Part shown: positions 1-9,470 of the stretch, piece after piece
Layout of the letters: each line of letters starts with the position of its first letter
Numbering within the stretch: the stretch's first letter is position 1
Assembly: GCA_945864585.1 (NCBI GenBank)
Contig: CAMBCF010000005.1
Coordinates: forward strand, 4,992 to 68,991
From: Bordetella parapertussis
GTDB taxonomy: Bacteria > Pseudomonadota > Gammaproteobacteria > Burkholderiales > SG8-41
Reading direction: 5' to 3'
Length of the DNA: 64,000 bases
Notes under the pieces: generated by a model
What the model was told of the DNA's origin: nothing
What the model saw: only the letters and a program-made list of their open reading frames with translations
Database searches by the model: none
Translations under genes and position numbers: made by a program

Positions 1-290
1 AGCAGCAGCGAGCGGCCACGCTCCGACTTCAGGTTCAGCGTGATCGCTTTCTTGTTGCAGTTCAACATCGCAAACGGCAGCGACGCACCGCCGAGGTTCG
101 CGCGGATGCGCAGATGCTCGCCGCCCAGCGGCTCGATCTTGATAACCGTGGCCCCCGCCATCGCCATGAGAAACGTCGCGTACGGCCCGTTGTAGATATG
201 CGAGAGGTCGATGACTACTACGCCTTCCAGGGCCTGACGAGCTGCTGGTGTGTTGGGCTGAGCGCGCACACCGCTTTCTTTTGTGTTCAT
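1..290 (-). CDS. family III (CaiB/BaiF-type) CoA-transferase, 5' part; gene runs off the left edge
   Basis: Not in ORF track (open at edge). Minus-strand ATG at 290-288 reads MNTKESGVRAQPNTPAARQALEGVVVIDLSHIYNGPYATFLMAMAGATVIKIEPLGGEHLR..NKKAITLNLKSERGR; 60 of 76 aligned residues identical to the N-terminus of CDS 16840-18051. Confidence 0.85.
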   Translation of the reverse strand, partial: MNTKESGVRAQPNTPAARQALEGVVVIDLSHIYNGPYATFLMAMAGATVIKIEPLGGEHLRIRANLGGASLPFAMLNCNKKAITLNLKSERGRSLL

Positions 291-306
291 CACCTACATT
301 TCCACG

Positions 307-1275
307 TTAGTCAACACGCATTCCGGAGGCCTTGACTATCCTTGCCCACTTGTCGATTTCAGCGCGTAGAAACCGTGCGTATTCCTCCGGCGTGCTTCCC
401 GCGGGCTCGGAGCCTTGCGCCAGCAGCGACGCCCGCACTTCCGGGATACGCATGATGCGCGCTAGTTCCTCGCTCAGCCTTCCGATGATCGGCCGCGGTG
501 TGCCCACGGGGGCCAGCACGCCGTACCACGCGCCGACCTCGTAGCCCGCGACGCCGGCTTCCGCTACCGTGGGCAGCTCGGGCGCACCGGCCGAGCGTGC
601 AGGGCCAGTGGTCGCGAGCGCGCGCAAGCGTCCCGATTTCGCAAATTCACGTGTCATGGTCATAGTGCCGAAAATCAAATGAATCTGCCCGGCGATGACA
701 TCGGCCAGAGCAGGCGCGCCGCCCTTGTAAGGCACATGCACAATCTGCACCTGCGCCATGTATTTGAAGAGTTCCCCCGCGACATGATTGGCGGTGCCCA
801 TGCCGCCCGACGAATAATTGAGTTGCCCGGGCTTGGCCTTCGCCAGCGCGATCAGGTCCTGAATCGACTTCACCGGCAGCGATGGATGGACAACGAGCAT
901 CATCGGCACCGTCACCAGCAGCGACACCGGATCGAAGTTCGTCACCGGGTTGATCGGCAACTTGGGGAAGAGGCTGACGTTGACCGAGTTCGACAGCGAT
1001 GCGATCAGCAGCGTGTGACCGTCGGGTGTTGCGCGTGCCACCGTCTCGGTGCCGATATTGCCTGCACCGCCGGGGCGGTTATCGACGATGAACTGCTTCC
1101 CCAGAGACTCGGTCAGGCGTAGCGCGGCGAGGCGCCCCGTCAGGTCCGTGCCGCCGCCCGGTGTATACGGCACCACCAGACGTACGACGCGTTCGGGATA
1201 CTGGGCGTACGATGCACTGGCCAGGCAAGACGCCAGCACGGCCGGCGCGAATAGGATTCGCCGTCTAATGGTCAT
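307..1275 (-). CDS. Bug/TctC-family tripartite tricarboxylate transporter substrate-binding protein (intact)
   Basis: 322 aa; signal peptide then YPERVVRLVVPYTPGGGTD..DNRPGGAGNIG..HVPYKGGAPAL family signature. Confidence 0.9.
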   Translation of the reverse strand: MTIRRRILFAPAVLASCLASASYAQYPERVVRLVVPYTPGGGTDLTGRLAALRLTESLGKQFIVDNRPGGAGNIGTETVARATPDGHTLLIASLSNSVNVSLFPKLPINPVTNFDPVSLLVTVPMMLVVHPSLPVKSIQDLIALAKAKPGQLNYSSGGMGTANHVAGELFKYMAQVQIVHVPYKGGAPALADVIAGQIHLIFGTMTMTREFAKSGRLRALATTGPARSAGAPELPTVAEAGVAGYEVGAWYGVLAPVGTPRPIIGRLSEELARIMRIPEVRASLLAQGSEPAGSTPEEYARFLRAEIDKWARIVKASGMRVD

Positions 1276-1294
1276 GTTGTGTTTCTCCTTTTAC

Positions 1295-2524
1295 TTATCC
1301 GGCCAAGCCGATGACCTTGCGTTGCGCCAGTGCCGCGACATCCTCGCGCTTCATGCCGAGCAGGGACTGCAACACCTCATCGGTGTCCGCGCCCAGTTGC
1401 GGGGCTGGCGCTAAAGGTTCCCCGGTCCACTGTGCGGCACGGATCGGGCAACCCGCGACCTGCACCGGATGCCCGCGCTGATCCAGTGGACGAATCGACT
1501 GGTTGTGCCGCGCCTGCTCGGTGCGCACCGCGTCGTGCAGTTCGAGTACGGGACTATTGGGCACATCGGCGGCATCCAGCACCTTGAGCCATTCGGCGCG
1601 CGGCTTGATGGCAAAAATTCGCTCCAGCTCGGGAATGAGCACGGCGCGATTGGCAAGCCGCGCCGGGTTCGTTACAAAGCGCTCGTCCTTGATCCACGCC
1701 TCACGATCGATGGCCTTGCACAGGTTCCACCAGAACTCGCGCGTGAATGCGCCCACCATCACGTATTCGCCATCGCTGCACATAAAAGCCTGATAGGGCA
1801 CGATCTGCGCGTGGCCGCGCCCCAGCCGCTCGACCTTGTGTCCGAGCGTGGCGACGGACGGAATGTAATTGCACATCATGTTGAGCGAGGCATCGAGCAT
1901 CGCCACCTCGATGTGCTGGCCCTGCGCGAAGCGTTCGCGCGCAAACAGCGCGGCGAGCACGCCCGACAGGCCGAAGAGGCCGCTGGAGAAATCTGAAATC
2001 GGCGCACCAATGCGCACCGGCCCGCCGCCCACTTCGCCGGTGATGCCCATCAGCCCCGACACGCTTTGCATGATGATGTCGTTGGCCGGGCGCGTCGACC
2101 ACGGGCCGCTCGAACCGAACGCCGAGATCGAACAGTAAACGAGACCGCGCCGCAGTTTGGCGAGGTCTTCAAAGCCCAGACCGAGCCGGCTCATCACCCG
2201 AGGCCGGAAGTTCTCCACCACCACGTCGCACTGCGCGGCCAAGCGCCTCGCGATGTCCACGCCCTCCGGCGCCGAGAGATCGAGGACGATGCCTTTCTTG
2301 TTGCGGTTCAAACTCACGTAGTAGTCGGAGTCCTTGGGGCCGAGCGACGGCATCGGCACGCCCATCGAGCGGCTGCCGTCGCCGTGCCGCGGTTTTTCGA
2401 TCTTGATCACCTCTGCGCCAAGGTCGCCAAGCAACATCGTCGCAAACGGCCCCGCAGCGGCGTGGCTGAAATCCAGCACGCGTATACCCGAGAGCGGCCG
2501 CGCGCGCTGCGATGGTGATTCCAT
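1295..2524 (-). CDS. family III CoA-transferase (CaiB/BaiF)
   Basis: ORF 1295-2560; LSGIRVLDFSHAAAGPFATMLLGDLGAEVIKIEKP; start taken at MESPSQ (2524), 2560 also possible. Confidence 0.9.
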   Translation of the reverse strand: MESPSQRARPLSGIRVLDFSHAAAGPFATMLLGDLGAEVIKIEKPRHGDGSRSMGVPMPSLGPKDSDYYVSLNRNKKGIVLDLSAPEGVDIARRLAAQCDVVVENFRPRVMSRLGLGFEDLAKLRRGLVYCSISAFGSSGPWSTRPANDIIMQSVSGLMGITGEVGGGPVRIGAPISDFSSGLFGLSGVLAALFARERFAQGQHIEVAMLDASLNMMCNYIPSVATLGHKVERLGRGHAQIVPYQAFMCSDGEYVMVGAFTREFWWNLCKAIDREAWIKDERFVTNPARLANRAVLIPELERIFAIKPRAEWLKVLDAADVPNSPVLELHDAVRTEQARHNQSIRPLDQRGHPVQVAGCPIRAAQWTGEPLAPAPQLGADTDEVLQSLLGMKREDVAALAQRKVIGLAG

Positions 2525-2531
2525 TGTGCTC

Positions 2532-3719
2532 TCAGGCCCGGCGATCCGCTTCAAAATCAATCGGAAAATCCGGCAGCGGTGCTGATTTCGACGGCAACGC
2601 CACGATGGCGGTGCCCGGCATAATGTCGCCGCCGCGCTGATTGATGCCGTGGAATTCGCAGGTCACGTAGCCTATCCCTGTTTTAGCGCCGCGCCATTTT
2701 TCGATGACCTCGCCCTGTATCCATACCGTATCGCCGAGGAAATTCATGCCGCGATATTGCGCGAATACTTCGGCGACCCAGCCGTCGTCTCCCACCCAGT
2801 TGGTCATCAGGTGCGTGGCCCACGCGCCGCGCTGCGAACCGTAGTCATACGGCGCGGGCATGCCGATTTCCGATGCCATGAAGGCATCCCAGTGCACGCG
2901 CTCCACCGGCTGGGGAATGCCCGTCTCCGGGTCTTTGACCGCGATCTTGGGCGACTGCGTGCGATACGCAAGCCAGTATTGCCCGCTGCGGATGTGCGGC
3001 GAGCCCACACCCATCATCCACGCGATCATATCGCCCACCGTGAGCGGGCCGCGCACCACCGGCTGAATCGCGTCGCCGGCGCTGACATCTTCCCAGTAGC
3101 GCGTACGCTTGCCGCGCACCTCCTCGGCCCCGGTGTCGGCGTCGATCTTGCGGATGTCATCATCGCTGTACTTGGCCCTGGGAATCGACATGTATTTGCC
3201 GGCCTCCTTGCCCGCCTCGCGCTCGGTGCGCACGGCCGCCATCACGCAGCGCGCGATAAGCTCATCGCGCTGGTTGTAGTATTTGAATTCACGCCGCTGC
3301 ATCTTCGAGCTGCCGGCGTATTTACCACTGCGGTCTTCGAGTGCCGTCATTTCCTTGGTCGCGTGCACCTCGTCGCCGTCGAGTAAGGGGCGGTAGTACG
3401 TCCACTTGTCGCTGGCGTGCAGCCCATGCACGCCCGGCAGGCCCTCGCCACGCCGCATATCCCAACTGCCCCAGGTGACCGCGTACAGCAACGCCGGCGG
3501 CGCCATGCAGCGGGCATAGCGGCTCGCCTTGCCGTGCGCCGGGTCGATCCACAGCGGATTCATGTCGCCAATCGCGCGCGCGGCGTGGCGGATGCTGTCC
3601 GAATTGACATAGCGGACAAACGGCTCGGCGATGGGATAGACTTTGTGCAGGCGGCGGCGCACCTGCTCGACGGCTTCGTCGGTTATCTTGCCGTAGGTGC
3701 TTTGGGGTACTGTGCTCAT
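2532..3719 (-). CDS. MaoC-like enoyl-CoA hydratase/dehydratase, double hot-dog type (mesaconyl-/itaconyl-CoA hydratase-like)
   Basis: 395 aa; IRHAARAIGDMNPLWIDP hot-dog motif in N-half and a second MaoC-like half; lies between CoA-transferase and GntR genes. Confidence 0.75.
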   Translation of the reverse strand: MSTVPQSTYGKITDEAVEQVRRRLHKVYPIAEPFVRYVNSDSIRHAARAIGDMNPLWIDPAHGKASRYARCMAPPALLYAVTWGSWDMRRGEGLPGVHGLHASDKWTYYRPLLDGDEVHATKEMTALEDRSGKYAGSSKMQRREFKYYNQRDELIARCVMAAVRTEREAGKEAGKYMSIPRAKYSDDDIRKIDADTGAEEVRGKRTRYWEDVSAGDAIQPVVRGPLTVGDMIAWMMGVGSPHIRSGQYWLAYRTQSPKIAVKDPETGIPQPVERVHWDAFMASEIGMPAPYDYGSQRGAWATHLMTNWVGDDGWVAEVFAQYRGMNFLGDTVWIQGEVIEKWRGAKTGIGYVTCEFHGINQRGGDIMPGTAIVALPSKSAPLPDFPIDFEADRRA

Positions 3720-3758
3720 CTGTCTCTCCTGACTTTCGTTAACTTGTATTTGATCGCG

Positions 3759-4448
3759 TTACTGTTTTGCGGCGAGCAGAAAATCGCGCGCCTCAAGCAA
3801 ATGCGCCTCCATCAGCCGCCGCACCTGCTTCGGCTTATTCGCGCGAAACGCTTCTGCGATGCTGCGGTGACAATCCAGTGAAAACTGCCGGCGCTCGGAC
3901 ACGCGCCAGATGTACAGGCGATACGCCACGGGCATGCGCAAGGCCTCCAGCATGCGCAGGATCGTCTTGCTGCCGCTGGCATTGAGTATGCGCTCGTGAA
4001 ACCGCGAGTTAAGATCGACCGGCACTCGAATCGCGTCGAGGTCATCGCTGGATATCGCCGCGATTGCCTGTTGCAACGCGTCGCAGTTCGCATCGAGATC
4101 GCGCGCGATGGCCGGCGCATCGGCTTTGCACGCAAGCTCGCCGGCATAACCCTCGAGCAGCGCGCGCACCGTGTAGCGGTCGGACAGTTCGTCCTCATCG
4201 AAGCGCTGCACGATGGCGCCGCGGTGCGGCTGTATGCGCACAATGCCGTCGGTCTCCAGCGCTTTTAACGCCTCGCGCACCGGCGTGCGGCTGATGCCGA
4301 ACTCCGCCGCGATGCGCTCGATCGTCAGCCGCTCCTCCGGCTTGATCTTGCCTTCGAATATCGCCTCGCGTATCCGATCGCGCGCCTGATCCGCCAGCGA
4401 ATGGGCGCTGATGCTGCCGAGCTTGTTGGGGGAATGACTGCTGTTCAT
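3759..4448 (-). CDS. GntR-family transcriptional regulator with FCD ligand domain
   Basis: ORF 3759-4535; winged HTH LTIERIAAEFGISRTPVREALKALETDGIVRIQPHRGAIV; start taken at MNSSHSPNK (4448). Confidence 0.85.
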   Translation of the reverse strand: MNSSHSPNKLGSISAHSLADQARDRIREAIFEGKIKPEERLTIERIAAEFGISRTPVREALKALETDGIVRIQPHRGAIVQRFDEDELSDRYTVRALLEGYAGELACKADAPAIARDLDANCDALQQAIAAISSDDLDAIRVPVDLNSRFHERILNASGSKTILRMLEALRMPVAYRLYIWRVSERRQFSLDCHRSIAEAFRANKPKQVRRLMEAHLLEARDFLLAAKQ

Positions 4449-4490
4449 GGGGCACGGAGTGCGTAGGCGCGAATGCGTCACAATCCGTAC

Positions 4491-4502
4491 ATTACATGTA
4501 AT
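4491..4502. promoter_or_regulatory. perfect 12-bp palindrome ATTACATGTAAT, candidate GntR operator
   Basis: Seen in the AT-rich divergent region between the GntR gene (start 4448) and icmF; only positional logic supports function. Confidence 0.25.
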
Positions 4503-4867
4503 ATGCGATTGGTGCAATAGAGTGGATAAGCACATCCGTATCGATAAATAAATATAACTAATTGATTATAAACATTTGTTTTGTTTTCTCTCTTTGGCTG
4601 ATCTGATTTGGAATGGGGGCGGGCTTGGCGATACGATCAGCACGAGCCAGCGGACGCAAAGTTGCAACAGCAAGTCCTGCGGCGTAGTCTTGGCCGCCTG
4701 AAGTGATGCTTGGGCATGCCGGACGAAGGTCTTATCAAGCGAATTGCCGCCACCTAAGAACTGGGCTTTGGTCAAAAAGGGTGTAATTCCTGTACCTCAG
4801 CAGATGTCGCGGGCCTTGGCCCGTGCAGATTGACGAGCGCAGAGCGCTCGCTAACAGGAGCAGGAAC

Positions 4868-7800
4868 ATGAGTATTCGCGCAGAAGAGGTCAGTGCAGCG
4901 GTTGCATCCACCGCGCCCAGGCCGCCATTGCGGTTTGTCACCGCGGCGTCCCTGTTCGACGGCCATGATGCAGCCATCAATGTGATGCGGCGCCTGATTC
5001 AGGGTGCGGGCGCTGAAGTGGTCCACCTGGGGCATAACCGCAGTGTGTCGGATGTGGTGTGCGCGGCGATCCAGGAAGATGCGGATGCGATCGCGATCAG
5101 TTCCTACCAGGGCGGCCATAGCGAATACTTCAAATACATGGTGGACATGTTGCGCGAGGCGGGCGCCGGTCACGTTCGGGTGTTCGGTGGCGGTGGCGGC
5201 ACCATCACTCCGGGAGAAATCGCGGATCTCCAGTGCTATGGCGTGGAGCGCATTTACCATCCGAATGATGGCATGACGATGGGCTTACAGGGCATGATCG
5301 ATGATCTCTTCGAGCGTGCACACCGTGCGCGATTGCCGTCTGGATTGCCACAGAAGATCGAGCGCGGCAATTTTCTCTCAATCGCACAGACTTTGTCGGC
5401 GCTCGAGGATGGCACGCTGGGTGAAGTGCAACTCGAGAAGCTGCGCAAGGCGTGGCGCTTGGGCGGCGCCAAAGTGCCAGTCATCGGCATCACTGGCACC
5501 GGCGGCGCCGGTAAAAGTTCGGTCACCGACGAAATCCTGTCCCGCTTCATGCAGTACTTCCCCGCTATGCGCATTGCGGTGATCGCGGTCGATCCCACCC
5601 GCCGGCGGACCGGCGGCGCGTTGCTGGGCGATCGCATTCGCATGAACAGTCTGCGCCATGATCGAATTTTCATGCGCTCCATGGCGACGCGCCGGCAGCA
5701 CCTCTCGACCAGTGCCATGCTGGGCGATGCGGTCGCGTTCCTGAAGTCCCTGCAATTCGATTTGGTGATGGTGGAAACCGCCGGTATCGGTCAAAGCGAT
5801 TCTCAGATCGTCGATCTGGTCGATCTTCCGGTGTATGTGATGACCAGCGAATACGGCGCGGCGAGCCAGCTCGAGAAAATCGACATGCTCGATTTGGCCT
5901 CGTTGGTCGTGCTTAACAAGTTCGATAAGCGCGGCGCCGAAGACGCGTTACGGGATGTGCGCAAGCAATGGAAGCGCAATCATCAGGCGTTCACCGCCGA
6001 GGACGCGGAAATTCCCGTGTTCCCCACCATCGCGAGTCAGTTCAACGATCCGGGCATGACCTGGATGTTCATGAACCTGTGCCAAACTTTGATCACGAAA
6101 GTTGGAGTCGAGTCCGCAAGGTGGACACCGCAAATCGAGGTGGGGATCAAAGAGCCACGCGCCACGGTGCTGATCCCTGGCCACAAGAATCGTTATCTCG
6201 CCGAGATCGCGGAGCAGGGGCGCGGTATCAATACCGGTGTCGAGCAGACTGCGGCGACCGCTAACCTTGCGCAGCACTGCTATGAAGCCCTGCGCGCGCT
6301 CGGGGATACGCTCGGTCCAGCGGCCGGCGATGCGTATCCGGAGGCGCAGATCACCGGTGAACCGATCCTGGCCGCACTGCGCCGCCGCTACAACCAGGCC
6401 TTGGCCGCGCTCGGTGCGGACGGACTCGATATCCTGCGCCATTGGTCGGCGCGCATCGCGCGCATCACGCAGGAGAAGTACACCTACGAAGTGCGCGGCA
6501 AACCCGTGGAAGGCGACAATTATCGCGAGAGCCTGAGTCACCAGCGGATCCCGAAAATCGCACCGCCCAAATTCGACAGCTGGGGTGATCGCGTGCGGTT
6601 CGGCATGAAAGAGAGTCTGCCCGGCAGCTATCCCTACACCGCCGGTGTTTATCCGTATCGCCGGACCGCTGAAGATCCGACCCGCATGTTCGCGGGGGAA
6701 GGCACGCCAGAACGCACCAACCGCCGTTTCCATTATGTTTCCTCGGGGCAACCCGCCGCCCGTCTCTCGACCGCATTCGACTCAGTCACGCTGTACGGCG
6801 AGGATCCCCACGAGCGGCCGGATATCTATGGCAAAGTCGGTAACTCGGGTGTCTCGATCGCGACGGTGGACGACGCCAAGCGGCTGTACTCCGGTTTCGA
6901 TTTATGCGCGCCCAGTACGTCAGTGTCGATGACCATTAACGGACCAGCGCCGATGATCCTCGCGTTCTTTATGAACGCCGCGATCGATCAGCAGGTCGAA
7001 AAGCATCTCAAAGCGACTGGACAATGGGAGGCGGCCCAACCGCGCATCGCAGCCTACTTCAAGGGTCACCCACGGCCACAATACCGCGGCGAGATCCCCG
7101 AAGGTAACAGCGGACTCGGACTTGGCCTGCTCGGCATTTCAGGTGAGTACGTGGTGGATGCAGAGACCTATGCACGCCTCAAGGCCGCGACCTTGGCGAG
7201 TGTGCGCGGCACTGTGCAGGCCGATATTCTCAAGGAAGACCAGGCGCAGAACACCTGCATCTTCTCGACCGAGTTCGCGCTGAAGATGATGGGTGACGTG
7301 CAGGCCTACTTCGTCGCGCAGAATGTGCGCAACTTCTACAGCATCTCGATCAGCGGTTACCACATCGCAGAAGCCGGCGCGAATCCCATCTCGCAGCTGG
7401 CGTTTACCTTGTCGAACGGTTTCACCATAGTCGAGTACTACCTCGCGCGCGGGATGCAAATCGATGACTTTGCACCGAACCTGTCGTTCTTCTTCAGCAA
7501 CGGCATGGATCCCGAGTACGCGGTGATCGGTCGCGTGGCCCGCCGCATCTGGGCGCGTGCGATGCGCGAGCGCTACGGCGCAAGCCCGCGCAGCCAGATG
7601 ATGAAGTATCACGTTCAAACCTCGGGCCGGAGCCTGCATGCTCAGGAGATCAACTTCAACGATATCCGCACGACCTTGCAGGCCCTGTATGCAATCTTTG
7701 ATAACACCAACAGCCTGCATACCAATGCCTATGACGAAGCCATCACCACGCCCACCGAGGAATCGGTGCGCCGCGCGGTCGCCATCCAGCTCATCATCAA

Positions 7801-8308
7801 TCGTGAGCTGGGACTCAACTTCTGCGAAAACCCGCTGCAGGGCTCCTTCATCATCAATGAACTGACCGATCTGGTGGAAGAAGCGGTCTACCAGGAGTTC
7901 GAGCGGATCTCCGAGCGCGGCGGAGTGCTGGGCGCGATGGATACCATGTATCAGCGGAGCAAAATTCAGGACGAGAGCCTGTACTACGAAAGCCTGAAAC
8001 ACGACGGTCGTCTGCCGCTGATTGGCGTAAATACCTACTTGCCGAAGAAGGGACACGAAGATCAGATCACCACCGTGGAACTGATGCGTTCCACAGAAGC
8101 GGAAAAGCAGGAGCAGATCACCGCGGTACGCGCGTTCCAAAAATTGCACGCTGCAGAGCGGCCTGCCCGTCTCGCGCATCTGCAGCAGGTCGCGCGCAGT
8201 CGTGGCAATGTGTTTGAAGCGTTGATGGAGGCCGTCAAGGTGGCCTCGCTGGGACAGATCTCGGGCGCCTTGTACGACGTCGGCGGCGAGTACCGCCGAA
8301 ACGTGTAA
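4868..8308 (+). CDS. icmF: fused isobutyryl-CoA mutase (B12 domain + MeaB-like GTPase + mutase barrel)
   Basis: ORF 4823-8308; B12-binding [11 protein letters not shown]-loop [12 protein letters not shown], long C-terminal methylmalonyl-CoA-mutase-like domain; AGGAG 7 nt upstream of ATG 4868. Confidence 0.9.
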   Translation: MSIRAEEVSAAVASTAPRPPLRFVTAASLFDGHDAAINVMRRLIQGAGAEVVHLGHNRSVSDVVCAAIQEDADAIAISSYQGGHSEYFKYMVDMLREAGAGHVRVFGGGGGTITPGEIADLQCYGVERIYHPNDGMTMGLQGMIDDLFERAHRARLPSGLPQKIERGNFLSIAQTLSALEDGTLGEVQLEKLRKAWRLGGAKVPVIGITGTGGAGKSSVTDEILSRFMQYFPAMRIAVIAVDPTRRRTGGALLGDRIRMNSLRHDRIFMRSMATRRQHLSTSAMLGDAVAFLKSLQFDLVMVETAGIGQSDSQIVDLVDLPVYVMTSEYGAASQLEKIDMLDLASLVVLNKFDKRGAEDALRDVRKQWKRNHQAFTAEDAEIPVFPTIASQFNDPGMTWMFMNLCQTLITKVGVESARWTPQIEVGIKEPRATVLIPGHKNRYLAEIAEQGRGINTGVEQTAATANLAQHCYEALRALGDTLGPAAGDAYPEAQITGEPILAALRRRYNQALAALGADGLDILRHWSARIARITQEKYTYEVRGKPVEGDNYRESLSHQRIPKIAPPKFDSWGDRVRFGMKESLPGSYPYTAGVYPYRRTAEDPTRMFAGEGTPERTNRRFHYVSSGQPAARLSTAFDSVTLYGEDPHERPDIYGKVGNSGVSIATVDDAKRLYSGFDLCAPSTSVSMTINGPAPMILAFFMNAAIDQQVEKHLKATGQWEAAQPRIAAYFKGHPRPQYRGEIPEGNSGLGLGLLGISGEYVVDAETYARLKAATLASVRGTVQADILKEDQAQNTCIFSTEFALKMMGDVQAYFVAQNVRNFYSISISGYHIAEAGANPISQLAFTLSNGFTIVEYYLARGMQIDDFAPNLSFFFSNGMDPEYAVIGRVARRIWARAMRERYGASPRSQMMKYHVQTSGRSLHAQEINFNDIRTTLQALYAIFDNTNSLHTNAYDEAITTPTEESVRRAVAIQLIINRELGLNFCENPLQGSFIINELTDLVEEAVYQEFERISERGGVLGAMDTMYQRSKIQDESLYYESLKHDGRLPLIGVNTYLPKKGHEDQITTVELMRSTEAEKQEQITAVRAFQKLHAAERPARLAHLQQVARSRGNVFEALMEAVKVASLGQISGALYDVGGEYRRNV

Positions 8309-8330
8309 GGCCCCGAGGACTCGCGCGAAC

Positions 8331-9140
8331 ATGTCCAAGGGGTTCACCGATGCCAGCGGCGCTGCTCACCCCGCAGCGGGCGATGGCGCACGCATCGTGT
8401 GCCTGGTGCCGAGCATTACTGAGCTGTTGTGCGATCTGGGGCTTAGCACGGCGCTGGTTGGGCGCACCGGCTTCTGTATCCATCCGCGCGAGAGCGTGCG
8501 CGTGATCCCAAAAGTCGGCGGGACCAAGAACGTCGACCTGAATAAAGTACGCGCGCTCAAACCCACTCACGTGATCGTGAATGTTGATGAGAACAAGCGC
8601 GAGACAGCGGCCGCACTGGCCGAATTTATTCCACACGTAATTGTTACTCATCCGCTTGCGCCGATTGATAATTACGGGCTGTATCGGCTGCTTGGCGATA
8701 TTTTTGGGGTAATGCCGCAGGCGCAACGACTGTGTGCCGCGTTGGATGAGGTGCTGGCGTTGATCGCCGCACACGGGCCGCGACCCCCGCGCAAGGTGCT
8801 TTACCTGATCTGGCGGGAGCCTTGGATGACCGTGGGACGCGACACCTACATCTCGCGCACGCTGGCGCACTTTAATTGGTGCACGCAACCTGGCGATCGC
8901 GAGGAGCGCTACCCCGTAATCGATCTCCGCGAAGTGGCGACCGGTGTCGATGAAGTGCTATTGAGCACCGAGCCGTTTCCATTCCAGACGCGTCACGTGC
9001 TTGAAGCGCAGACCCTATGCGGGGGTATCCCGGTGCGCTTGATCGATGGTGAGATGACGTCCTGGTACGGATCACGCGCCATCGCAGGACTGCGCTATCT
9101 CCACGCCTTTTCACGCGCGCACGCGCCGGTGGCGGCATGA
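8331..9140 (+). CDS. BtuF/TroA-fold (helical-backbone) cobalamin/metal-binding protein, no signal peptide
   Basis: 269 aa; RIVCLVPSITELLCDLGL..LVGRTGFC..KPTHVIVNVDENK pattern of periplasmic-binding-protein type 2 fold; immediately downstream of icmF. Confidence 0.6.
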   Translation: MSKGFTDASGAAHPAAGDGARIVCLVPSITELLCDLGLSTALVGRTGFCIHPRESVRVIPKVGGTKNVDLNKVRALKPTHVIVNVDENKRETAAALAEFIPHVIVTHPLAPIDNYGLYRLLGDIFGVMPQAQRLCAALDEVLALIAAHGPRPPRKVLYLIWREPWMTVGRDTYISRTLAHFNWCTQPGDREERYPVIDLREVATGVDEVLLSTEPFPFQTRHVLEAQTLCGGIPVRLIDGEMTSWYGSRAIAGLRYLHAFSRAHAPVAA

Positions 9141-9337
9141 GCCGGAGTGGCGCGATGGAGTCCCCATGTGTCTCGGTCTGCCAGATCAATCGTGCGACTG
9201 GCGTTTGCGAGGGGTGCCACGATGAGATTGACCACAAAGACCAGCACGAGGTCGCTGTTTTGATTCTTCGTCGACGTGAAAGGGTTGGGGATCAAACTGG
9301 GCCGCAAAGTGGATCATGTGGGCCTTGTCTACGATGA
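9137..9337 (+). CDS. small DUF1289-like Cys-rich protein (divergent; 3' end uncertain)
   Basis: ESPCVSVCQINRATGVCEGC matches the SPC..C....C.GC signature; ATGA overlap with upstream gene; tail overlaps the MaoC remnant on the opposite strand. Confidence 0.45.
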   Translation: MSRSGAMESPCVSVCQINRATGVCEGCHDEIDHKDQHEVAVLILRRRERVGDQTGPQSGSCGPCLR

Positions 9338-9395
9338 TCTTCCTTGAACGGAAGGTCTGCCCCACTGCGAAATCTTCAAGATATCTTTCCGGCAT
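9255..9395 (-). pseudogene. MaoC-like hydratase, N-terminal remnant (about 47 codons)
   Basis: MPERYLEDFAVGQTFRSRKIIVDKAHMIHFAAQFDPQPFHVDEE is a typical MaoC N-terminus; family similarity stops after HVDEE and the frame runs into unrelated sequence. Confidence 0.6.
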
Positions 9396-9470
9396 TATCG
9401 CTGCTTGCGCTGAAGCAAAAAACAGTGATGGCAAATCCGTGCAGATGCCGCAGCAGCTCACCTTGGCCGA

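Noticed and set aside
4536-4867. Possible cobalamin riboswitch upstream of the B12-dependent icmF
   Set aside because: There are only loose resemblances (GGGTGTAATTCC, GCCGCCACC), in the wrong order and without a B12 box. B12-dependent enzymes are not the usual targets of this riboswitch. A covariance-model scan (Rfam RF00174) would settle it.
4823-4867. Upstream ATG (4823) as the icmF start
   Set aside because: The ATG at 4868 has an AGGAG Shine-Dalgarno 7 nt upstream, and the extra 15 residues have no family counterpart. The uncertainty is only 45 nt.
7139-8347. 402-aa minus-strand ORF inside icmF. Similar long antisense ORFs occur at 14748-15986, 23201-24607, 42844-43845, 47433-48350, 49415-50434 and 57679-58944.
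   Set aside because: These are shadow ORFs typical of GC-rich DNA. They are Arg/His/Ala/Gly-rich with no recognisable motifs, and each is fully antisense to a gene with strong family signatures.
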